A stretch of 56,710 bases of DNA from an uncultured Verrucomicrobiota bacterium (GTDB lineage Bacteria; Verrucomicrobiota; Verrucomicrobiia; Limisphaerales; UBA1412). A program made the position numbers and the translations under genes. Position 1 is the stretch's first letter. Every line of letters begins with the position of its first letter. This document shows positions 38,301 through 46,100 of this stretch, in pieces. The DNA is taken from NCBI GenBank assembly GCA_964609795.1, contig CAZSTC010000003.1, positions 1 through 56,710 of the forward strand. Reading direction: 5' to 3'. The notes under the pieces are model-generated. The model saw only the letters and a program-made list of their open reading frames with translations. It did no database searches and was not told the origin of the DNA.

Positions 38301-41300
38301 AATGTGATTGGGTAAAAAATAATTTTCTCTCATTACGTATGGGCTATTTAACCACACACCTTAAGAATCGTGGTTGGTACCCTAAAGTGGCTGTTCCCAC
38401 TTTTTCGCAATCTGGAGGCGAGCTATTACAGGACACACAGATTTACCTGGCCGGAGGAGGAACAGTTTATTACACACTGGATGGATCTGATCCAAGGCTT
38501 CCAGGCGGAGAGCTGAACAGCGCTTCTTTAAAATTAGAACCTTCTTTTTCAGAAGAGAGAGTACTCGTTAATAAAGGCAGTGAGTGGGATTACTACGACC
38601 TGGGCGACACCCCGGCTCGAGAAGGGACTGCTTATTGGTATCAAGCGTCACATTCGCATGAAGGTTGGGCACAAGGACCTGCCCGCTTTGGTTTTGGTGA
38701 TAAGCAATTTCAAACAGAAATCAGCCGCTATAAAATTGATGGCACTACACCGCTTGTGACGGCATATTTTTCAAAGCGCTTTGAAGTGTTTTCGGCTATA
38801 ACAATTCCGGAATTACTTCTGGAACTTAATTGTGATGACGGTGCTGTGGTTTACCTTAATGGCTATAGAATTGTGGATCAAAATATGCCTTTAGCCTATT
38901 TGACTGCTGATCTATTAGCCAATTCAGACGTTTCCGGGGCGGCCGAGGACGAGTATACTTCTTACCAGATTGATAGTAAATATCTGGTGGATGGTATAAA
39001 TACGATTTCTGTTGAAGTTCATCAAAGTAGTCCGCAGAGCGACGATCTTTATTTTGACTTGGAATTAAAAGCTTTGGGTGGTTATTCGGGTGGAGCCTCG
39101 GAAGGAATTGTAATAGCATCGCCGGGTGCTGTAATAAAGGCACGCTCATTAAGTTCTGATGGTGAATGGAGTGCAATCTCTGTAGCTGATTTCACGGTTT
39201 TCTCTGAAGCCACTGATCTCAAAGTTACTGAGCTGATGTATGCGCCTGAAACACCTGCTTGGGCAGAAGAACAGGGCTGGACTCGAGATGATTTTGCCTG
39301 GATTGAGCTTCAAAACACGGGACGTGGTATTTTGAAAATGGATGGTTTTTCTTTTGTAGAGGGCATCAATTATACCTTTCCTGTCTTTACATTGGAATCT
39401 GGCGAGTATGTAGTCCTTGCTAAAAACTTGCAGGCATTTTCAACCTTATACGACACAAATGGTATCATTCTTTTAGATAACTATTCCGGCAATCTTGCTC
39501 GGAAAGGTGAGACGCTCACCCTTTATTCGCCGAAAGGTGAAAACGTTCTTTCCTTTACATATTCCAATGAATGGTATCCGGAAACCGACCAGAATGGATA
39601 TTCATTAAATGTGGTAGATATAGAAGCCCCGTTGTCTCTCTGGAGTACATTGGAGAACTGGAAGGTCAGTGCAACTCGTGGAGGAAGCCCAGGCAGTGAT
39701 GATGGCGGTGTAATTGAACCTCCTACGCTCAGCACAATTTCCCCGGGAGAAGGAGGTCAGTTGGCGCTAAACACAGGGGATTCCGTTACTTTTTCTGTCA
39801 CTTCGAGTGGTTCAGCACCTGTGCGATATCAATGGTTCAAGAATGGTGTGGCTTTGCCGGGTACAACAAGCACCCGATACACTATCAACAATCTGACGCC
39901 TCTTCATGCAGGAGTTTACACTGTTACTGCCACAAACAGGGCCGGCAGTGTTACCAGCGAAGAATTGAACTTAACGGTCATCTTTGAATTAAAGCTCTCG
40001 TCTATTACCATTTCAGGTAATTCCTCGGTGACTGAAGGCAAAACCGCTATGTACACCTGCACTGCCAATTACAACGATGGCAGCTCAAAGCAGGTAATTC
40101 CGGATTGGTCGGTATCGCCCACTCAGTATGCCACCATAGATACCAATGGACTTCTCTCCGCTTTGGCGGAGGGTGAAGTGGATGTCACTGCATTTTACGA
40201 GGATGGCAGCATAAGCAAGACTATCTCAAAAGTTGTGACTATTGCCTCATCTATTATTCCGCCCTCATTCCTTTCACAGCCTGTGAGTCAAACAATCAGA
40301 GAAGGAGAGTCTGTCACCTTGAGTGCAACGGTCCAGGGTTCTGAGCCTTTAGTTTTTGAGTGGAATAAAAACGGTGTAATTGTGGAAGGATCTAATTCTT
40401 CTTCTTATACTATTGACAGTGTAGCCCCCTCTGACGCTGGAACTTATACTTTAACGGTTACTAATTCGAAGGGAAGTGCTACCAGCGAACCTGCTTATCT
40501 AAAGGTCGTTACCGGTAGTGGGCTTCAGCTGATGCTCGATTTTCAATTTAACGAAGGCACCGGCAGAAATACTACGGACAGTGTGAGCGGAATAGTTGCT
40601 GACTTGGGGGACAGTGTTTCAGAAGACAAACCGTTTTTCACGACAGAATCACCTTCCGGAAAACCTGGTGATTATGCAGCGCTCCTGCAAGGCTCAAGTT
40701 GGCTATTGGGATGGTTTGAAACAGCCCCCCTAGATATCTCCGAACCCTTCACTTTTGAGTCGTGGATTTGGATGAATCCTGACAGTAGCGGTTATAGAGA
40801 TTTGATTCGACTTGGAGAAACGCTCAAATTTGGTTTCGGCAATTCGGATGACTTATTTCAAGCTACCTTCCTAGGCGTTGTTGATGTAAATTCCACAATC
40901 TCGGTGCCCAGAGGTGATTGGGTACATTTGGCGTGCTCCTGGGAGCCGAATGTTGGGTTTCACTTTTTTCAAAATGGGATTGCATCCGACATGGTTCAGT
41001 CTACTGCGTTTCCTAATAATTACGTAAGTGCATCACTTTCTATTGGAGCTAATGAGAGCGGAGTAAGTCCATTCCGCGGTAGAATGGATCGGGTTCGGCT
41101 TCATAAGGGGCTTTTAAGTGCCTCTGAATTGGATTCAGACCCAATTAATCCAAAACCGGTCACGGAAAATACAATCTTATCCTATGATTTTAATTCTACC
41201 ATTCTTCCTTTTGCGAGTGATGGGACCTTCAGCATCCCTCTTTATAATGAGGATATTTCTACAACCAACCCCAACGCGGTGAATTGGTCAAACTCGACAC

Positions 41301-43087
41301 CGACTAAGGATCAAAATTGGCCAGGCTCTGAAAATGATTATTCTCTCTATATCGACAACAGCACTGTGCAAGGTAGTACTACTCACAGAATTATTTTCCC
41401 AACAGAGAAGTTGGTGTTTGAGGACCAATCCGATCCGAGTTTTTCAATGGAAGCTTGGATTAAGGGTTTTGAAAGAAGGACATCAAAGCAGGTCTTCTTG
41501 CAAATTCTTGGAAGTCCAACAGGCGGTGTACCACGTATAGCTTTTGCAGTCAGCTCAGACTTGACGGTTTACATGACAACTATGGGGCTTCAAGATATTG
41601 ATACGGGTGTTCCAATCCCGGAAGATGGAATGTGGCATCATATTGCTTGCGCATATGACCATTCAGCCCAAAAAATATACACTTATGTGGATGGTGAACT
41701 GAAAGGTGAGCTGGATTATGGTCAAGGCGTAAATTTTTCGCCCTACCAAGCTGATGTTAGAGGTTGCATTGGTAGCGAATGTTCAGGAGGTAATCACACC
41801 ACGGGTTATGTTGATCGGATTCGAGTCTACAAGGGAGTGCTTTTGCCAAGAGACCTGGACTACCAGGATTATAGCCAGGTAATAGATGTCCCGGTAATTA
41901 CTCTTCAACCCGAAAGTCAAAATGTGGATGAAGGAGAAAATGTCGTTTTCTCCGTTGCTGCAACGGGAACTGAACCCCTGACTTATCAATGGTACAAAGA
42001 TGATGTGGCTATTAATGGGGCTGTAAGTTCTTCTTACACGCTTCAGAGTGCCGTTTTAGTTGATTCAGGAAATTACTTTGTAACTGTAAGCAATGCGGGA
42101 GGCTCTGTCTCAAGTCAATCAGCGACGCTGCAGGTTAAAACACCTGTGACCGTCTTTACCGTGCGGGCGAATGATGTCGCCCGTGTTTACAAAACACAAA
42201 ATCCAGTCTTTACGTACACTATTCTCAACTCGGAGGGTGAGGATGTGACATCAATTATTTCGGGTAAGCCGACTTTAAGTACGACAGCCCTTTTAGGGAG
42301 CTCTGCAGGAACTTACCCTATTGTTCCAACAAGGGGGACATTACCCTCTTCTAATCAGTATCAGTATGTCAGAGGAACCTTAACAATCAATAAGGCAAAG
42401 CCTCAAATCACGTGGGCTTCTCCATCACCCATTGTATACGGGACTTCTTTAGGTGCCGGCCAATTAAATGCGGTTGCTGACGTCGCCGGGGTTTTTGAAT
42501 ATACTCCGCCTACAGGTACAATTCTCGAAGTGGGACTCCATGAACTTCATGTTTCATTGACTCCAACAGAGATTAATAATTATGAAATAGCTGAAAAAAC
42601 AGTTCAGCTTTCAGTTGATCCTCTTCATACATTGATTCTTGATCCCGAATCCCAGTTGGTCTCAGCCGGAGGCGGGGAGTTTAACATTCAGGTCTCTTCA
42701 ACAACGCCTTGGGTCGCAACGGGCCCTGAAGGAGAAGATTGGATTCAAATTACAAACGTTGAGTCTGATCCGGGTAATCATGGCTTGATTAGTTATCAAG
42801 TTCTTGAAAATACCCGGACCGAATCTCGCCAGGCAATCATTAAAGTTCAATCTACAGAGTTACCTTTCATATTCTCGGAGCATTTATTGACTCAAGAGCC
42901 GGCTCAACAGGAGTACCCCGTCGTGAGTTTTAAAGTAGAAGGAAACGCTCTTACACTCACTTTCACTGGAAATCTCTATGAAAGTGAGGATATGCTCTCT
43001 TGGACTTTGATCGAGGGGGCGCAACTGACTTACACGGTGGATATTTCGAATAAAAAACATAGATATTATAGGTCTATAATTGAGTAG
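35390..43087 (+). CDS. secreted CotH-kinase/lamin-tail protein with Ig, LamG, MBG and BACON tail, paralogue 3 (2565 aa)
   Basis: CotH core as above; Ig repeats, Big_2-like domain, two LamG-like domains, MBG-like and BACON-like domains; ends YYRSIIE. Confidence 0.85.
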   Translation: MKKWLSIGSLLLGMLVLSHAEILTLVPSSAQWKYAKGTKEPSTSTGTWRTIAFDDSDWNTSAAPFYYGGNITQGTLLSDMRYNYSSVYLRKTFSPPSGSYENLSLRALSDDGFILWINGEEVLRFNVSPGEIAFDAVASSVVGTASWQTHDLSEYSHLLRAGEVNVVAVHAFNMSRTTSSDFAIDVELTANQTLDLLSPTINRVSPIVNSVVSDPLRLTVYFSEPVSGVTAADVLCNDTTAMEVEEITSSQYLFKFPKFDIEGPVTLKWNSTANISDNSPNHNPFIPPTESWSYTLSASVPDSDVIINEFLASNTTGLQTRSGEQADWLELYNKSNTTTDISGWYLTDSRSNLPLWQFPPRTTIPPQGYLIVFCNGWTGDPQVNGEYLANFSLSKTGEYLALVKDDGTTIAHEFHPVYPPQYSNISFGNGLYYPIPTPGKENGEGFLEPVGEVTFSEPRGYKSAPFTLSMNSTTEDAVIYYTLDGTIPTTSSTRYRDPLSIDKITCIRAIAIKAGHIDSIVSTRTWLFLEEALAQRSSVPAGWPANNTVNNHRMVYGMKQDIVNNPRYRDSIREGMTNIGTISMVTDLENLFNRSTGIYVNPSGDGITWERPASLELIDPSGGEEFQLESGVRIRGGFSRSSSNPKHSFRLFFRSEYGGKLNFPLFGNEGATEFSKVDLRTSQNYAWSYLAGNPPEYNTFIRETFTRDSQRDVGMPYTRSRFYHLFINGQYWGLYQTQERSEADFAETYLGGDDNDWDCVKSGAVASDGTIDGFSKLFQIAVQEGFSGAYRTNYNRIKGLNPDGTPNPNLPQYLDEENLIQFVLNYFFTADPDSPIGLGGNSPNNLYGLFNRVNPSGFSWYRHDAEHSMGAWRNSGVSTTYDMTARGWSMNTIGTFTPVRLHQKLMDHPDYKMRFIDLYQQTYLNKNGAMSTRSNLFRWNSRQNEVDKAIYAESARWTWDSNMTYEHWLAECDWVKNNFLSLRMGYLTTHLKNRGWYPKVAVPTFSQSGGELLQDTQIYLAGGGTVYYTLDGSDPRLPGGELNSASLKLEPSFSEERVLVNKGSEWDYYDLGDTPAREGTAYWYQASHSHEGWAQGPARFGFGDKQFQTEISRYKIDGTTPLVTAYFSKRFEVFSAITIPELLLELNCDDGAVVYLNGYRIVDQNMPLAYLTADLLANSDVSGAAEDEYTSYQIDSKYLVDGINTISVEVHQSSPQSDDLYFDLELKALGGYSGGASEGIVIASPGAVIKARSLSSDGEWSAISVADFTVFSEATDLKVTELMYAPETPAWAEEQGWTRDDFAWIELQNTGRGILKMDGFSFVEGINYTFPVFTLESGEYVVLAKNLQAFSTLYDTNGIILLDNYSGNLARKGETLTLYSPKGENVLSFTYSNEWYPETDQNGYSLNVVDIEAPLSLWSTLENWKVSATRGGSPGSDDGGVIEPPTLSTISPGEGGQLALNTGDSVTFSVTSSGSAPVRYQWFKNGVALPGTTSTRYTINNLTPLHAGVYTVTATNRAGSVTSEELNLTVIFELKLSSITISGNSSVTEGKTAMYTCTANYNDGSSKQVIPDWSVSPTQYATIDTNGLLSALAEGEVDVTAFYEDGSISKTISKVVTIASSIIPPSFLSQPVSQTIREGESVTLSATVQGSEPLVFEWNKNGVIVEGSNSSSYTIDSVAPSDAGTYTLTVTNSKGSATSEPAYLKVVTGSGLQLMLDFQFNEGTGRNTTDSVSGIVADLGDSVSEDKPFFTTESPSGKPGDYAALLQGSSWLLGWFETAPLDISEPFTFESWIWMNPDSSGYRDLIRLGETLKFGFGNSDDLFQATFLGVVDVNSTISVPRGDWVHLACSWEPNVGFHFFQNGIASDMVQSTAFPNNYVSASLSIGANESGVSPFRGRMDRVRLHKGLLSASELDSDPINPKPVTENTILSYDFNSTILPFASDGTFSIPLYNEDISTTNPNAVNWSNSTPTKDQNWPGSENDYSLYIDNSTVQGSTTHRIIFPTEKLVFEDQSDPSFSMEAWIKGFERRTSKQVFLQILGSPTGGVPRIAFAVSSDLTVYMTTMGLQDIDTGVPIPEDGMWHHIACAYDHSAQKIYTYVDGELKGELDYGQGVNFSPYQADVRGCIGSECSGGNHTTGYVDRIRVYKGVLLPRDLDYQDYSQVIDVPVITLQPESQNVDEGENVVFSVAATGTEPLTYQWYKDDVAINGAVSSSYTLQSAVLVDSGNYFVTVSNAGGSVSSQSATLQVKTPVTVFTVRANDVARVYKTQNPVFTYTILNSEGEDVTSIISGKPTLSTTALLGSSAGTYPIVPTRGTLPSSNQYQYVRGTLTINKAKPQITWASPSPIVYGTSLGAGQLNAVADVAGVFEYTPPTGTILEVGLHELHVSLTPTEINNYEIAEKTVQLSVDPLHTLILDPESQLVSAGGGEFNIQVSSTTPWVATGPEGEDWIQITNVESDPGNHGLISYQVLENTRTESRQAIIKVQSTELPFIFSEHLLTQEPAQQEYPVVSFKVEGNALTLTFTGNLYESEDMLSWTLIEGAQLTYTVDISNKKHRYYRSIIE

Positions 43088-43139
43088 AATTCCTAAAATT
43101 GACGACAATATAATCCTGGTAAAACTAAATTTAAATAGA

Positions 43140-46100
43140 ATGAGAAAGTTCTACATGTTTATTGGAATGCTTTTTTGCATAACGTTTGTTTCTTTTGCTG
43201 AAGTGTCGCTTACATCAGCGGCTGACTCTCAACCAAAGGAGGTAGAGCTTGGGGATAACGTAATCACTGAAGACACAGCTATTCCTAATATTATCATTAA
43301 TGAGATTGTTGCGAGTAACGCGACTGGCTTAAGAACCCGCAAGGGCAATTATGAGGATTGGGTAGAGCTTTTTAATCCGACCACTGAGTCCGTAAATATC
43401 AGTGGATGGTATCTGACGGACTCTCTCAACAATCTGGCTCAGTGGCAATTCCCCGATGGAGTCATTCTCAAACCAGGGGGCTTTTTAGTTGTTTTCTGCG
43501 ATGGTTGGGTTGATTCTCAACCGCTGGGAGAATATCATTCCAATTTCAGCTTAAGTAAATCGGGCGAGTACTTAGCCCTTGTTGCCGCTGATGCTGAAAC
43601 GATTGTTTATGAACTTGCACCTTCTTTTCCTCTACAATATAAGGATGCATCTTACGGATGCATTCCGGCTTCCATAGCGAACTCCGAGCAGCAGTGGGCA
43701 TATTTTAAAACTCCGACACCCGGCGCTTCCAACACAGGGACTCCGCTCTGGGGTATGGTTGAGAGTGTGACTTTTAGTGAATCTCAAGGCTACAAGAGCG
43801 GTCCCTTCAGTTTAACCTTAGAGTCACCCACGGAAGGATCGAGTATTTATTACACACTGGACGGCACAATTCCCACATCGAAATCATTCCGCTATACTGA
43901 ACCGATTTCTATAGAAACAATCACTTTTTTGAGGGCTGTTGCCATAAAAGAGGGCTATTTGGATGCTCCTGTAACAACACGCACTTGGCTCTTTATGGAG
44001 GATGTACTCACACAGCCGTCCTCCACACCCGCAGGTTGGCCAAGTTCTTATGCAGTTAATAACCATAAAATGGAATATGGTATGAATTCGTCAATAGTAA
44101 GATATAATAAAACTGCTATTCGAACTGGCATGACTAATATTCAAACCATTTCACTGGTGACCGATTTAAAAAATCTATTTGATTCAAAATCTGGGATTTA
44201 TGTTAATCCAGGGCAAGATGGTGAGGCCTGGGAACGGCCTGTTTCTGTAGAGCTTATAGACCCAAAGGGTGGGGAAGAATTTCAGATTGAAGCTGGTTTG
44301 AGGATAAGAGGAGCTTTTAGTCGCAGCAGCAGCAATCCTAAACATTCTCTTCGCCTCTTTTTCAGGGACAGTTATGGAGGAAAACTGAACTTTCCGCTAT
44401 TTGAAGGTGAAGGCGCTGACACATTCGATAAGGTAGACTTACGCACTTCTCAGAATTTTTCCTGGTCTTTTGAAGGTTCCCCTTACAACACGTTTATACG
44501 AGAAACATTTTCACGAGACGCTCAGGGAGATTTTGGTATGCAATATACTCGCAGCCGCTACTACCATCTTTTTATTAATGGACAGTATTGGGGATTGTAT
44601 CAAACACAGGAGCGCAGCGATTCTGATTATGCCAAAACTTATTATGGAGGATCGGGTGACGACTGGGATTGTATAAAAACATCTCAGCCGGGTTATTACA
44701 CTGAAGCTTCTGATGGGAACATAAATGCTTTCAGTGATCTTTATAATATTGCCGTCAAACAGGGATTTTCCGGACTGTACTCGACAAATTATAATTGGAT
44801 TAAGGGAGTCAATCCTGATGGTACTCCCATTCCAGAATCACCGGTTTATTTGGATGAAGATAATCTAATTGCCTACATGTTGATTACGTATTTTGCTCGT
44901 GACCCAGATTGCCCTGTGGCGGTCAACAGCCATGCAAATAATCTCTATGGGCTTTATAATCGAGTCAATCCTACCGGTTTCAAATGGTTCAAGCATGACG
45001 GCGAGCACTCAATGGCGGCTAATCGCTCGTATCCGGTGACAACGGATCTCACTTCTCACGGTTGGCATTTGAATACTTTGGCTAATTTTAATCCGATGCG
45101 TCTGCACCAGAAATTGATGGATCATCCGGATTATAAAATGCGCTGGGTGGACACTGTCCAAAAAGAAATGCTTAATCCGGGCGGTGCATTGACATTGAGC
45201 AACAGCTTGGCTCGCTGGAATAAGCGCCAGGCTGAAATTGACCAAGCTATCATTTTGGAGTCAGCCAGATGGGGACATGGCCGTGATCGCGGTGACTGGT
45301 TAAGGGAATGCGATTACGTTAAAGAGAGCTTTATTTCATTAAGTGCCGATTACTTAATGAAAAATTTTAAAAGCAGGGGGTGGTTCCCTGCAATAGAGGC
45401 TCCTATTATTTCTGATATAATGCGTTCCAATGAAAGCATCACTTTTACTCTTTCTGGAGCCCTTAACCTTTATTACACTTTAAATGGGGATGATCCTCGA
45501 TTGCCGGGCGGAGAATTAAATCCCTTTGCCAATAAATTGGTAGCCCAGCCTGTAGGAGAGAAGACCCTAATAGGCAAAGGAGAAACTTGGAGATATTTTG
45601 ATGAAGGGATTGCTCCTCCTAAAGACGGTATGTTTTTCTGGTATCAAAAGGGATATTCTTACAATTACTGGAAAGAGGGGGCCGGGAGGTTCGGCTTTGG
45701 TTCTCGGCCGGTAAAAACATCTATCAACCGCTACAAAACCGACACAAACGAACCTCTGATAACCGCGTATTTTTCAAAAACATTTGAGGTTACATCTGCC
45801 AGTTTAGTTCCGGGGTTGACCATAGATATTAATGCAGACGATGGTGCTGTTGTATACATTAATGGTAGCCGTGTTTTGCTGCATAATATGGAGACTGGAT
45901 ACAATTATTATTCCTATGCTAAGTCCGAAGTCTCTGGCTCTGACGAGAACACCTATTTTTCCTACGAAATCGATAGTAAATATCTGGTCGATGGTGAAAA
46001 CATGATTTCAGTAGAAATTCACCAAGGTAGTCCGGAAAGCGATGATTTCTATTTTGATCTGGAACTCTCAACGATGTCCGGACAAAGCGAATATGGCACT

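Noticed and set aside
43099-43114. TTGACG and TATAAT between paralogues 3 and 4 as an internal promoter
   Set aside because: Spacer is only 4 nt, incompatible with sigma70 geometry
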